Source of the DNA: Octopus bimaculoides
Lineage: Eukaryota
Direction: 5' to 3'
DNA length: 64,000 nt
Assembly (NCBI RefSeq): GCF_001194135.2
Contig: NC_068988.1
Coordinates: forward strand, 48,221,062-48,285,061
The position numbers and the translations under genes are program-made. The notes under the pieces were generated by a model. The model searched no databases. It saw nothing but the letters and a program-made list of their open reading frames with translations, and had not been told where the DNA came from. This document shows positions 40,710 to 55,042 of the stretch, one piece after another; position 1 is the stretch's first letter, and every line of letters begins with the position of its first letter.

Positions 40710-40870
40710 AGAGCCACTGTGTACTTAAAACGATTGCTTCAGATCCATGTGGTCTTAGGTTCGATCCTAATGCAGAGAACCTTGAAAAGTGCTTTCTACA
40801 AGAGCTGTTAGTTGGCTTTAATCCTTGTAAGAGAAATCTGCTCGAAGGTCACTGAATGTAAGTCTATCGG
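40710..40870 (+). mobile_element. Degenerate SINE family C head and body
   Basis: catgtggtcttaggttcgatcctaatgcagagaaccttgaaaagtgctttctac. Confidence 0.5.
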
Positions 40871-41275
40871 GACATCAGTTTCTGTTTCGGTCATATTAAA
40901 TTTAAACTGTTTCCCTGTTAAACAATATACACTGGTCCCTGGTTTCAAACAGTTGCGTCACTGTATCATGCCTAGCTTCTTCCTTTCCTGCTACCGTTCT
41001 TGAGGCATTGTAGAAGTCACGCTGTCATCAGTAAAAAGAAGTTTGTCATTATTGCCACCATCATCTTCATTATTATCACTAATATATGTATAGACATATT
41101 TTCCTATAGTCCTTACTTACTTCTCTAAACAGTTTAGCAATCGCCAATCTCCGTAAAAATTACTCCCTGTTATTGGAATAGTTGGAAGGAATCATTGGAT
41201 CGTCTGAAAAGAAAAGGTAATGGGCGACTCACAGGGTTTCTTTCATCATCCTTGTCAACAGCAGAAGCAGCGCCT

Positions 41276-41586
41276 CTTCTTCTTCTTCTTCTTCTTCTTC
41301 TTCTTCTTCTTCTTCTTCATCTTCTTCTTCCTCCTCTTCTTCTTCTTCTTCTTCTTCTTCTTCTTCTTCTTCTTCTTCTTCTTCTTCTTCTCCTCCTCCT
41401 CCTCCTCCTCCTTTTTCTTCTTCTTCTTCTTCTTCTTCTTCTTCTTCTTCTTCTTCTTCTTCTTCTTCTCCTTCTTCTTCTTTCTCTCTCCCTGTTCCTC
41501 TTCTCTTTCTTCTACTCTCTTTCTCCTTCTTCTCCTTCTCCTCCTCCTCCTCCTCCTCCTCCTTCTTCTTCTTCTTCTTCTTCTTC
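41276..41586. repeat. (TTC)n/(CCT)n polypyrimidine microsatellite
   Basis: Directly visible. Confidence 0.95.
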
Positions 41587-42675
41587 AGCACAACCTCAAC
41601 AACAAATACATAGCATCAACACCGATTATTTTCAACACTATCAGCATACCCCCATGAACTTCAATATCATAAAAAGATCAACAATTAATGAACAACATCG
41701 CTGTAACAACATCAACATCAGACACATAACAACAACAACAGCAACGACAACCACAACATCAATGACATAACAACTCCAAAACCAATATTTTAACGACTCC
41801 AATACCAGTATTATAATGACCAACAACAAAGACGTTATACCATCAACGCCAACACCATCAAAACATTAGCACAAACATCATAAAACTATATTCAACATCA
41901 ACACCTACATCATAACAATAACAGCGTCATAATGAAAACATCTCTAGCATCATAATCAACATTTTAGTGCAGCAATAGAAATTCGTAGAAACCCTTGACA
42001 GAGATACAACAGTGTAAACCAAAACAAATATTTTTAAAGAAAATCATGTCGTGAAATCATAGGTAACAACCACTAAATTTTCTATTGACATAATTTTGTT
42101 TTATTTTTAGCCAGTCTACTTTCACTTTCGAATTTGGGAAGCTTTCTACTAAATCACAATATTATTATACTTCTCCTTTTCTTACTTCTTGTTTTTTTTA
42201 TATTTTTTTCTTTCATTCTTCCTTTCTTTCTATATAGCTTTAGTAACCGATACTGAATTTTCTGGCAAAAATTGAACAATGACTATTTGAAAGAAAAAAA
42301 AGAGTATCTTACAAAGAATTTTAACAAGCTAGCCAGAGTCATATCAGCTGGAGACTATGCTCTCCCAGTGAACTGTATATCCAGTGTTGTATAAAGAATG
42401 TGTAGTGAAAGATAACAAAACAGGAAGGAAAAATTGTTGAAGACATTTTAGGAGGATATTAAAACTACAAAAGACAAGAATTCCTAAATAGAACTTAAAG
42501 TAACAGAATATAAACAAGAATGGTATATCGACAATAACTTTGGCAGACATTACGCAAAGAATAGATGTCATAAAATATATAATAGATGTCAGCGGTATGT
42601 ATGTATGGATATATGTATGGATGTATATATACATCTATATATACATATAAATATCTATATGCATACATATTGTGT

Positions 42676-42730
<55 letters not shown>

Positions 42731-42939
42731 NNNNNNNNNNNNNNNNNNNNNNATATATATGTTGCTCTGTACGTATATATGTATAGTTAAACACAAAGTC
42801 GCATAGAAATTTATGCATATATGTATAAAGTCACACATATAGCTACATACTTATCTATGTGAATTTCTGTGTTTAACTATACATAAATGTGCACGTACGT
42901 ACATTCATGATATTCATATATTCGTGTGTGCATGTGTGA

Positions 42940-42992
<53 letters not shown>

Positions 42993-43658
42993 TGTGTATG
43001 CACGCATATAAACATATGCACATACACACATTCTAGGTGAGCCGGCGAACACTGACGGGCTCTTTGAAACCATATATCTATATTGTTATGTATATACAAA
43101 GCATAGACTGTATAGATTGCAACGTTTACGAAGGGGCAGGAATATATATGCATCAGACTCTTATTCAGCGAGTGTTTGTGTGTGATTTTTGTGTGAGAGA
43201 ACATTACGATACTCTTGTGCTTTCCTATATATATGTATGTCTACATGTATTTGTATATCTATCTTTCTATGATCAGAGTTTGAGAGCCTTTAATTCCATT
43301 CTACCAACAATATTTACTGCTTTCCCTTATCTTTCAAATACCAAGTAAACAAATTTTAAATAGTTTTATTGGGAATGTAATAACAAAGATGAATAGAGTA
43401 TATAAGCTACTGATATTGCTACTGTCTGGGACTCTTGTCTATCAATAATGATGTAGACGCTGCCATATAGGCATACGCATGCGTATATATTGTATACATG
43501 TCTTTGAATTTATGAATTACAATAAATGTTTGCATGCCAATATATGTACGTATGCATTCTGTACGCATGTATGTCAATATGTGTATGTGAATATTAGAAA
43601 TATATTCATTGATATGAGTGTATATATTCGTATATATATAAATTTATATATAAAGTAT

Positions 43659-43870
43659 TCTTTTCTACTTTAGGCACAAAGCTCGAAATTTGGGGGGAGG
43701 GGACCAGTCGATTAGACCGACCCCACTGCACAACTAGTACTTAATTTATCGACCCTGAAAGGATGAAAGGTAAAGTCGAATTCGGCGGAATTTGAACTCA
43801 GAACGTAAAGGCAGAGGAAATACCGCTAAGCATTTCGTCCAGCATGCTAACGTCTCTGCCAGCTCGGTGC
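43659..43870 (-). mobile_element. SINE family A copy (tail type 2), near full length
   Basis: Plus strand: tattcttttctactttaggcacaa...gaccctgaaaggatgaaaggtaaagtcga...gaatttgaactcagaacgtaaag...gctaacgtctctgccagctc. Confidence 0.9.
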
Positions 43871-44519
43871 TATAAGATATTATGATAAAATATTAATTTA
43901 TTAATATATTGTATGTTACTATATACGTTAACCGATTTGAATGTTAGCTCTGGCTTTTCAGCGGTTGTTTTTCCGGAGTAATTGTAGAAACCTCTGACGA
44001 GAAACGAGATCGTATTGATCAAAGTTCGAAATAATGGGATAAGGTCTTATCAAACTACTTCATTCTGCGAGTGTATCTCTCTAAAGAAAGATGTTGTGGC
44101 TTGCTGCTCACAGTCCCAAATATTTCATGAGGTTAGTTGCTTTTGTGTGGCTATTCGAGTTAAATTTTAGCTCTCATTTCTAGCAATTGTAGGTGTTATT
44201 TTGCACCTTCATTTATTAATCTATATATATATATATATATATACATACACACATACACACACGCATACGCATAAATAATATATATATTTATATTTACATT
44301 TACATATATTTTAGACACACGCATACATATACGCACACACACACACACATATGTACATGCAAGCATACACACATACACGCACACATATATGTGTGCGTAT
44401 GTATATCCTTATATATTATTATATAACCATCTATAATCAATTTTCATTATTTCTATGGTCTGCTAGAACCTAAGATGAGCCGGTGGTTTTTGCTCATCTT
44501 CTAAGGCCGGTATAACAGT

Positions 44520-45060
44520 ACTATTAGCGCTTTACCTGAAAAGTTGTAAAGCGTTGCCTTTAGAGGAATATGTGCCAGGAAAGATATTAAAAATCTGACG
44601 TTCTGAGGAGAACTGCTTTGGTATCATGGTTACTCCGGTGCTTCGGAGTTGGTCGTAATATGACAAGTAAATGCAAGATGACTAAGTTGAGAAGCTGTGA
44701 ATGCTGTGTAAAAGTGGCATCAGGAGAATACAGATACAATAGAACATGTTAAGAGAAGACACTACGTTTATGGGTCAGAAGTTGGATGTATCTGAGGGCG
44801 ATTTATTGCCAAACAGTTGAGCAGGCATTCTTTGGATGTTGTTTAGGTTGTTTGTTTTTGTAGCTGCAACATTGAGCCAAATATGGGGGCAGTCATTTGA
44901 AGGTGACAAGATTGGCATCATCTTCGTGAAGGACGTTTCCGACGTGTTTCTGTAGATTTGGTATAAGATGTCTACGTTGTGAATAGATAACACATGAGTG
45001 AGGATCGTTAACGCGTATTGAAAAGCGATATAATCTGCGTAAACATAAACCAATTGCAGT
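44520..45060 (-). mobile_element. CR1/L2-group LINE RT C-terminal / 3' relic
   Basis: ORF 44775..45053 has YADY (YADD-like) and CPHIWLNVAATKTNNLNNIQRMPAQLFGN, resembling YCSHIW......LD.IQ.RA..L.G. Confidence 0.6.
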
Positions 45061-45744
45061 TCGAAATGAGGACGGCATCATCCACGTGTTAGAAGGTGTT
45101 ACAACTTTTATTAGCACTTCATCTGATATTACATACATCAGATATGTCAGTCGAACTACTTAAGGTGAAACTCGTTATAAAAAGTAAAATATTGTTTTTG
45201 TTACTTCCTAGACATGTTGCAAAGAAGCGGAAACTGTTTTACTCTGAGCGAGTGTGGACGTTGACAAGGAAATCGTGGAATAATGCACGCAATGGATAAA
45301 GCCGACCAGCCAAGAACAGAAATGGTCATCTATGCACACACACCCGTACAGTCTCTGCCTAACACGTCCTGGCAAGAATCCAGCAATCTCTCAAAATGTT
45401 GTGGTTTCTAAACATGCTCAGGTTTTCTTTGAAAGTGCATCTGGACTGTTACAACACGAAGAGTTGGCAGCAGATGAACGCTATGGCCAGGAAAACGCGG
45501 CCATTACATAAGAACTGAAAAGATCAATAATCTAATCTATTCTGCTATCAGTACCTGACGCTTGCAAATTGAGCCAATATGCTACACCATGTTTGACCCG
45601 GATGCAAATGCAATGCACGGATAACACTGTGTAACATGATTTTTGTCCTTGGATACCAGCTGGTATTTCCTATTTGCTTACCCGTAGAAAGTATGAAAAA
45701 CGGATAATATTTCGTTCAAACTTTGCTTTTGCTACATTTATTCA

Positions 45745-45798
45745 AACCTCAACGAATCCCTCTCAACACATAGCTATGATGCTCCCCCGATACTTTCC

Positions 45799-45856
<58 letters not shown>

Positions 45857-46300
45857 GATTGAGAGAGCATTGCATACCATCAAAGTGACAATTGGGTAAA
45901 ATATACGAAGCCCATTATACCCATCATGACTACCCGTCTGATAAGGGTACACCAGGCACATGCATCACACCCATATGTGCGCGACATGGTGATCTCATAT
46001 AAAGACAAACAGCGCATGACCTCGCAGGTTTGGCACAGTTAGAATTTTCTTCAGGTCGAGTAGCCCATCCCGCTCAAAAGGTCCCTGAATAAGGCTTGTT
46101 TAACGATGTTGAGCAAAACACCCATGTTTCCAAAGGTGAATTATTCAAACCCCAAAGAATTCCTCTCAACACATGGCTATGATGCTCGCTCACTCTTTCT
46201 GCTCATGATCAGAGATGCACATATTGTCAGCCACTAAGGGACATGCTCAAGTGGTTAAGATCAAGCAAATGACAAGCATATCCGTGGTATTGAGAAGAAT
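45745..46300 (-). mobile_element. Dispersed retroposon-like repeat with an (AAT)n tail plus a duplicated internal fragment
   Basis: GC-richer block abutting (ATT)n at 45799-45856. The segment aat(c/t)cctctcaacacat(a/g)gctatgatgctc occurs at both ~45755 and ~46158. Confidence 0.55.
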
Positions 46301-46894
46301 TTTTTCTATAATGATATTTCTGCTTTATAACTTCAGCGATGAATCTGTGTGAAATATAATGGAAAATAGATCAGCTTCAAGAGAATGATGTCCAGGTTAC
46401 AAAAGCAAAGTTTGAAGGGAATAGTAGTCATTTCGTATAATTTCTAAATAGAAGCAAATAGGGAATAACACTGACCACAGAAAAAAACAAAAAATTTCGT
46501 TACACAGTGTAATCATTCATACTTCAAGTTATACGTTGCAGATGACAAAAAAAGCAGAAACACTGCTACAGAAAATACACATAAATACGAAAGGAACTGG
46601 CAAGAGATACAAATTATCAGAAAAGCTGAGGAAGGTAATCTCGAAGACAGAAACATTACTTAAGAACGCGTAACAGAAGTTCGAAAATTTCAATTACTTA
46701 AGAATCAATGTAATCGACATCGTACAACATGAAAGGAAAAGGAAAATCTCGGAAGGAATTTTATAGACAAATTATTTTAGAACTGAAAACAGCCAAATGA
46801 AAAAATTAAGTCGTCTACACCAATACATTAGTTGACCCCAGTAGCATGTTACAGCTGTTAAGCTTAGACTTGCTTATATTGGATACATTTATTT

Positions 46895-46944
<50 letters not shown>

Positions 46945-49900
46945 NNNNNNNNNNNNNNNNNNNNNNNNNNNNNNNNNNNNNNNNNNNNNNNNNNNNNNNN
47001 NNNNNNNNNNNNNNNNNNNNNNNNNNNNNNNNNNNNNNNNNNNNNNNNNNNNNNNNNNNNNNNNNNNNNNNNNNNNNNNNNNNNNNNNNNNNNNNNNNNN
47101 NNNNNNNNNNNNNNNNNNNNNNNNNNNNNNNNNNNNNNNNNNNNNNNNNNNNNNNNNNNNNNNNNNNNNNNNNNNNNNNNNNNNNNNNNNNNNNNNNNNN
47201 NNNNNNNNNNNNNNNNNNNNNNNNNNNNNNNNNNNNNNNNNNNNNNNNNNNNNNNNNNNNNNNNNNNNNNNNNNNNNNNNNNNNNNNNNNNNNNNNNNNN
47301 NNNNNNNNNNNNNNNNNNNNNNNNNNNNNNNNNNNNNNNNNNNNNNNNNNNNNNNNNNNNNNNNNNNNNNNNNNNNNNNNNNNNNNNNNNNNNNNNNNNN
47401 NNNNNNNNNNNNNNNNNNNNNNNNNNNNNNNNNNNNNNNNNNNNNNNNNNNNNNNNNNNNNNNNNNNNNNNNNNNNNNNNNNNNNNNNNNNNNNNNNNNN
47501 NNNNNNNNNNNNNNNNNNNNNNNNNNNNNNNNNNNNNNNNNNNNNNNNNNNNNNNNNNNNNNNNNNNNNNNNNNNNNNNNNNNNNNNNNNNNNNNNNNNN
47601 NNNNNNNNNNNNATATATATATATATACTCATACGCACACAAACACATATGCATATATGTATCTTTTTATGTATGTATATTGACTCTCATCTTCAGCCAT
47701 CTTCGAGTGCTTTATTCTAAGTGGCCGCACACAGCTTCTCTTCAACTATCAGCTCCTGAAATATATATGCACATACAACCAAACAACCACACATGCATAC
47801 ATGTATACATACATACAGACATACAGACAGACAAGATACTCACACACATACACGTCCTCCGGAGAGATTTCCAGTACTGGACTGATGCATTACCGATCAT
47901 TTATCAAATGTAACTAAGGTAAAATAGAGGCAGACGAATTTTATCTCACAGGACAGAGAGCCGGGACATGTATTTCAAGTCATTCTCTTCGACGCTCTAA
48001 AGGTTCTGGTTATTGCTACTTTTTATGGATAACATGACATTTTCTTCCGAATACATCAATATACATTTCTATTGTGAAGAATGAATTACAAAACCAACCT
48101 TTATGTATTTGTTACTCAGTGTCATGTTTTTGGTAAATGGTAGCGGAATCCATCCATGTTTATTAAGTAAATATCTTATTTACTTTTCGTGCAGATCAAT
48201 ATAGTACTTATTGTGAGTTATGCTACAATAGAAAATATTAATGCACTAACATAAAATCATGACAGGTTTCAAAGAGCGTACGTAGAATTAAATATTAATG
48301 TTAGACTATATAAAAACCTGACAGAATGTTATTTTGAAAAGAAAATAAATAATAAAGAATACAAATGGAAGACATTGTTAGTTTGGCTGTTTACTTTTAG
48401 ATCAATTTGTAATTGATTTTCGGGTATTAATATATGCGTTGCTTTTTTTTAACCGGTAGGAGTTATTGCCGAAAACTTGGCTACAACACTGAACAGTCAG
48501 ATTATAGGTGATGGCATCGGCGTTGTCTCGTTAACTAACAAATCTAAGAGTTAATTATCTAAATGATTGCCAGTTTGCTGCTAAGGGAATGCCCAAAGAT
48601 ATTCAAATGACTTGTGAAACCTGATATTTTAAACCATTCTTTATCTTAAACATTTCAAGTGAGCAACTAGCCATTTTTTGACGTGATGTCACAATTTAAA
48701 TTGCCTAAATAGAATTGTGTCTACTATGGCTTACCATATGCACAAGTCAGAATTAATGACAAAGATATTTGATCGTTTGTGGCGTTCATCTGTACATATG
48801 TGGACGTGCATGTGGTCACTGTCTCAGTCATGTACAAATTTTAGCATAAATGCATATAAAAACATAAATGCTGTGCATTATAATCTCGATTATTTGCATT
48901 ATTATGAAAATAAATCATTTCAGATATTGAGACGTGCAGCTGCTGCTCATGAATGCATATTGCTCTGATCATGTGACTTTACATGTCACTTGATTATTGA
49001 TGCATATGATGCAGCAGCGATACTCGAACTCCTTATTGAGATTTGCATCATTGGGCAGGTGGGCCAGGAGCTTGTTATTGTGCATTTCCCCTCAGCTATA
49101 CATGTTGCATAACATCTTTTCATCTTTACAAAAACTCCTGCTAACACAAGGTTGCAGCTTCCTCTGTCACATAATAACACATACATAGGATTGCACATAA
49201 AGATACTTTAATATTTGTTTACACACATTCACGCACTTTCGTGTGTGTATATATATATATATATATNNNNNNNNNNNNNNNNNNNNNNNNNNNNNNNNNN
49301 NNNNNNNNNNNNNNNNNNNNNNNNNNNNNNNNNNNNNNNNNNNNNNNNNNNNNNNNNNNNNNNNNNNNNNNNNNNNNNNNNNNNNNNNNNNNNNNNNNNN
49401 NNNNNNNNNNNNNNNNNNNNNNNNNNNNNNNNNNNNNNNNNNNNNNNNNNNNNNNNNNNNNNNNNNNNNNNNNNNNNNNNNNNNNNNNNNNNNNNNNNNN
49501 NNNNNNNNNNNNNNNNNNNNNNNNNNNNNNNNNNNNNNNNNNNNNNNNNNNNNNNNNNNNNNNNNNNNNNNNNNNNNNNNNNNNNNNNNNNNNNNNNNNN
49601 NNNNNNNNNNNNNNNNNNNNNNNNNNNNNNNNNNNNNNNNNNNNNNNNNNNNNNNNNNNNNNNNNNNNNNNNNNNNNNNNNNNNNNNNNNNNNNNNNNNN
49701 NNNNNNNNNNNNNNNNNNNNNNNNNNNNNNNNNNNNNNNNNNNNNNNNNNNNNNNNNNNNNNNNNNNNNNNNNNNNNNNNNNNNNNNNNNNNNNNNNNNN
49801 NNNNNNNNNNNNNNNNNNNNNNNNNNNNNNNNNNNNNNNNNNNNNNNNNNNNNNNNNNNNNNNNNNNNNNNNNNNNNNNNNNNNNNNNNNTATATATATA

Positions 49901-50615
49901 TATATATTAATATAGGTGTGTGCATGCGTGTGTGTGTGTGTGTTTGTGTGCATGCGTTTATGTTTATGTGTGTTTGTAGTTGAGTATGTGTAGATGTAAA
50001 AAGCAGGAGTGCATGTGCATGTGTGTTCATTTAATATTTGCACACAACTATCTACCAAGTTATAAACAGTTATACGTATCTTCAATACATGTATGTATAT
50101 GTAAATGTTATCTTAATATTCTTTTATCTCTTCCACCTTCTTCTCTGTCTTTTTAGTTTCTGTCATTCGCTCTCTCTTCTTTTTCGCACCCGTGTATAGC
50201 CGCATTTTCGTTTCAGCTACTACATCTCTGCACATCTTGCTTTTCATCCGCCGGTTCATATAGGAACGCCTAGATGGATAGAGTAACTTTTAGGCGACGT
50301 TTTACTCTGCCTCTAAAACTTACACTCTCCTTATCTCCCTCTCCCTTACATTCACTGTGACTCACTAAACCCTGAGAAATATTCGATTCTTATAAATCAA
50401 CGTGACTGACAGAAAATCCATTGACAATGTGAAATCCTTCATAACAAAAAAGAATTTACATACAAGCGCTGGTAGCTCAGCAGATATATATTCATTGATA
50501 TTAATACATGAATACATGCCATACACTGTGTTATCAAAAGTATTGTATATATACATGGATACATACATATCTATCTATTTATCTATCTATGAGTGTGTGC
50601 ATGTGTATGTATGTA

Positions 50616-50652
<37 letters not shown>

Positions 50653-51430
50653 NNNNNNNNNNNNNNNNNNNNNNNNNNNNNNNNNNNNNNNNNNNNNNNN
50701 NNNNNNNNNNNNNNNNNNNNNNNNNNNNNNNNNNNNNNNNNNNNNNNNNNNNNNNNNNNNNNNNNNNNNNNNNNNNNNNNNNNNNNNNNNNNNNNNNNNN
50801 NNNNNNNNNNNNNNNNNNNNNATATATATGGGAGAATATACAAATAATAACAACAGACGAGGACTATACACAAATAAGTGTTATCTCATTTCATTGCTGA
50901 GGCAACTGAAATAATGAATTAAAGAACCTTCTATAAACTAGTGTATACGAGCAAAAACAAATACAACAGGTGGGGCAACAAGAATAATTTGGGTGTCGCA
51001 GAAAATTTAGACATATCGATAGCACCTGTAATGTTTTAAACACAGAACACCAAGAAATTCAAATTGTAAACTTTTTAAGCATATTTCAGTCGCGAATTCA
51101 TTGCACATACAATTTAGTTAAACACTTCAGTACTACACTGGAATAGCATTCCTTCGAGAATCACAACATCTACTTCCGAGCGCTCAGCATATAATCTTTC
51201 CCCGATACTCTTCAATAACTTAATCCAAATTATTTGCTCTTCCATTCCTCAGTGCATTCTTTCTTTCCCCCCTCTTTTCTTTGTGTTCATATCAAACACC
51301 CTACCAACTTCTCTGATAACACAACAAATTTATTTTCTACCTGTTCCATTGTAAGTTGTCTTAGATTAATATGAGTAGATTTACTTATCCTGTTTTATCC
51401 TATATTATAATGCATCATTGCAGGCTGACA

Positions 51431-51478
51431 TACGAGGTACTGACACCTGTCTTTAAGGGTATCACAAAACCCCTCGTA
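51431..51478 (+). mobile_element. 48-bp internally deleted mariner MITE
   Basis: TACGAGG...ctttaagggtatcacaaaa...CCCTCGTA; the internal sequence matches 10790-10800. Confidence 0.65.
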
Positions 51479-52737
51479 TATGCATTCAAGGCTGAACCTG
51501 AAAATTACTCGCTCTATATCGTGTTCAGAAAGAATACGTTTGGTTAGCACTCCTCCTAATTGAACTTAGTTCAGAGTTCGTAATATGGAAGTTATATCGA
51601 GAATAATTTGCAATTCTTCAAACGTACTTATATAGTCCTCATTTGACAATCTAACTTTAAAATTACCCTTTCAGTCCATATCTGAGAGACAAAATGCATC
51701 CTAGTCTATTGCATTTGTACCCCTGCAGGTGTTGAATATAATTACAAACTCAATGGCAACTGGTTATGCAGATTTCGGCTAGAATTATTCGTGTATCCAC
51801 AGACATCTACATTAATTGAGCATACGCCTGCTGATCAAAATACTAAACCCCGCTGGCAAAACATGTTCATTATTTTAGTTTTATGTCATTGTGCACGAGG
51901 CGAAGTTAAACCCGTAAAACATACATTCTATGCAAAGGCTGAAGTTTGATTCTTCTATGGATATGTTTTGATGAAAGCTGGGCACTGTAATATGAATAGG
52001 TTATTAGTTATTAAGTTACGAACTATGAATATAGAAAAAATGTCTGGAACAGTAAATAGAATGATCGTCGTTACCATAATAACGTTATTTCAATAAATCT
52101 TTTAATAAATCTGCAATTAATATAAGGATTCTCACTGCTACAATAAATCCTGATCGTTCATGTATCGATCCTGCACCTAACACTACGCGTATATTTTGAA
52201 CCATGCAAGAGAAGACCTTTATTAACACTAATGCATTAACTTCTGTTGCTCTAGATTGGCAATCCCTCACTATTTATTCAGTAATCAATCTACGTAATCC
52301 TGCATTTATTTTGTGTCAGATCTCTGTAATTTCGTTCAAGTAATTCCACATAATACTATGTATTTTTTTTCTTCTTTTAGAATGTAGATGCTTTGAACTC
52401 CATCTCTTCTAAATTACATTCTATGAGAGTGACATCCCTTGAACGAAGTCATATTAAGCTATCAATTGAATGGTTTTTAATGCTTGTGATAATGCGAGAT
52501 CAAAGCTAAACTGCTACTAGCTAATGACGAGGATGCTTTCATCCGTAACCGTGTCCGGCCTAATAAGAGGAATGCTTCCATCCGTCACCTTCGAACATCA
52601 TTATTTTTTAATAGCGAACTCTATTCTGCATGACGAAATGAAGGAGTTTTACGTCAGGGAAAAGGGGATTTGCGCCAGCATTGCTTTCAGCCACGCAAAT
52701 CATACTCACACATGTACATATATATGTATATATCTGT

Positions 52738-52891
<154 letters not shown>

Positions 52892-53833
52892 NNNNNNNNN
52901 NNNNNNNNNNNNNNNNNNNNNNNNNNNNNNNNNNNNNNNNNNNNNNNNNNNNNNNNNNNNNNNNNNNNNNNNNNNNNNNNNNNNNNNNNNNNNNNNNNNN
53001 NNNNNNNNNNNNNNNNNNNNNNNNNNNNNNNNNNNNNNNNNNNNNNNNNNNNNNNNNNNNNNNNNNNNNNNNNNNNNNNNNNNNNNNNNNNNNNNNNNNN
53101 NNNNNNNNNNNNNNNNNNNNNNNNNNNNNNNNNNNNNNNNNNNNNNNNNNNNNNNNNNNNNNNNNNNNNNNNNNNNNNNNNNNNNNNNNNNNNNNNNNNN
53201 NNNNNNNNNNNNNNNNNNNNNNNNNNNNNNNNNNNNNNNNNNNNNNNNNNNNNNNNNNNNNNNNNNNNNNNNNNNNNNNNNNNNNNNNNNNNNNNNNNNN
53301 NNNNNNNNNNNNNNNNNNNNNNNNNNNNNNNNNNNNNNNNNNNNNNNNNNNNNNNNNNNNNNNNNNNNNNNNNNNNNNNNNNNNNNNNNNNNNNNNNNNN
53401 NNNNNNNNNNNNNNNNNNNNNNNNNNNNNNNNNNNNNNNNNNNNNNNNNNNNNNNNNNNNNNNNNNNNNNNNNNNNNNNNNNNNNNNNNNNNNNNNNNNN
53501 NNNNNNNNNNNNNNNNNNNNNNNNNNNNNNNNNNNNNNNNNNNNNNNNNNNNNNNNNNNNNNNNNNNNNNNNNNNNNNNNNNNNNNNNNNNNNNNNNNNN
53601 NNNNNNNNNNNNNNNNNNNNNNNNNNNNNNNNNNNNNNNNNNNNNNNNNNNNNNNNNNNNNNNNNNNNNNNNNNNNNNNNNNNNNNNNNNNNNNNNNNNN
53701 NNNNNNNNNNNNNNNNNNNNNNNNNNNNNNNNNNNNNNNNNNNNNNNNNNNNNNNNNNNNNNNNNNNNNNNNNNNNNNNNNNNNNNNNNNNNNNNNNNNN
53801 NNNNNNNNNNNNNNNNNNNNNNNNNNNNNNNNN

Positions 53834-53874
<41 letters not shown>

Positions 53875-54753
53875 TGCGCGCGTGCGTGTGTGTGTAGCAT
53901 ATGCAACGTATGTACAATGCCGATGGATCAACCGATACACTATTTATCCTGAAAAAAAATGTTTTATTGACTTGCTGTTTTAAACAAAGAACAGAAAGAG
54001 AAACTTAGTCTCGCCAACTGCCAGTGGGAACTCCAGATTCATAACAATATTTTAGGCCTTTCTAATGGCACATACTTACATCCAGCCACAAATTCAGTCG
54101 AGAATTCATCGTCTCTAATGTAAGAGAAAGTTAATATCACATTCACTTGTGTTTCCTGGTTTACTTAAATGAGGTAGCAGTTAAAAATAATCTCCTGCGT
54201 AGCATATTTAATTTATTCAAACTTTCGATAAACCAGTTATTGTAGTATTTGTTCTGAGAAAATATATTTTATGAACTTGTATTCTTAAATACACAATAAT
54301 GTCAAATAGAAACAAATATACATCCTAGCAGCATCTAGCGAGAGCGCCAGCTGTATTTCAACCTCGCTGGTCTTCTTCAGTGGCGCGTAATTGCAGCCGG
54401 TCACATGTTATTTTCCCTTAGCTTGGAAATGCGGGAACCTAAGTAGTTATCCACCCTACGTATTATGAAGCGAAGCAAACTGAAGCTGGAACTCGTGTAA
54501 ACAGAGTTGTCAAGTCCTAAAGTAATGACTAACGTTATTACTAGAATATACACACACACACTCACGCACACAAACACGCGCGCGCGCGTGTCTACATATG
54601 TATATCAGTATACATGTATGTATTTATGTATACACAAATATGCGTATATGCAGGAGCTTATATGTGTGTGTGTGCATGTATGCAGGCGTACAGTAGTGCA
54701 AGTTGTAATAGCTATAAAAGTGAGATATTTCCCCAATTACATGCAATTAGGAG

Positions 54754-54816
<63 letters not shown>

Positions 54817-54818
<2 letters not shown>

Positions 54819-54995
54819 GCGGTGAGCCGGCAGAATCGTTAGCGCACCTGACAAAATGCCTGACGGCATTTCGTCCGTCTTTACGCTCTGAGTTCAAATT
54901 CATTTTATCCTTTCGGGGTCGATAAAATAGGTACCGGTTCCGCAGTGGGATAGTTGTAATCGATTACCCACGAAAATGTTGGCTTTGTGCCAAAA
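54817..54995 (+). mobile_element. SINE family A copy with an internal deletion (tail type 3)
   Basis: gcggtgagccggcagaatcgttagc...ctctgagttcaaatt|cattttatcctttcggggtcgataaaat...ctttgtgccaaaatttgaaac. Confidence 0.85.
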
Positions 54996-55003
54996 TTTGA
55001 AAC

Positions 55004-55042
<39 letters not shown>

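Noticed and set aside
52527-52589. Two ~22-bp direct repeats (gaggatgctttcatccgtaacc / gaggaatgcttccatccgtcacc)
   Set aside because: Only two imperfect copies. Not a CRISPR-like array, and the encoded peptide is not a credible neuropeptide precursor.
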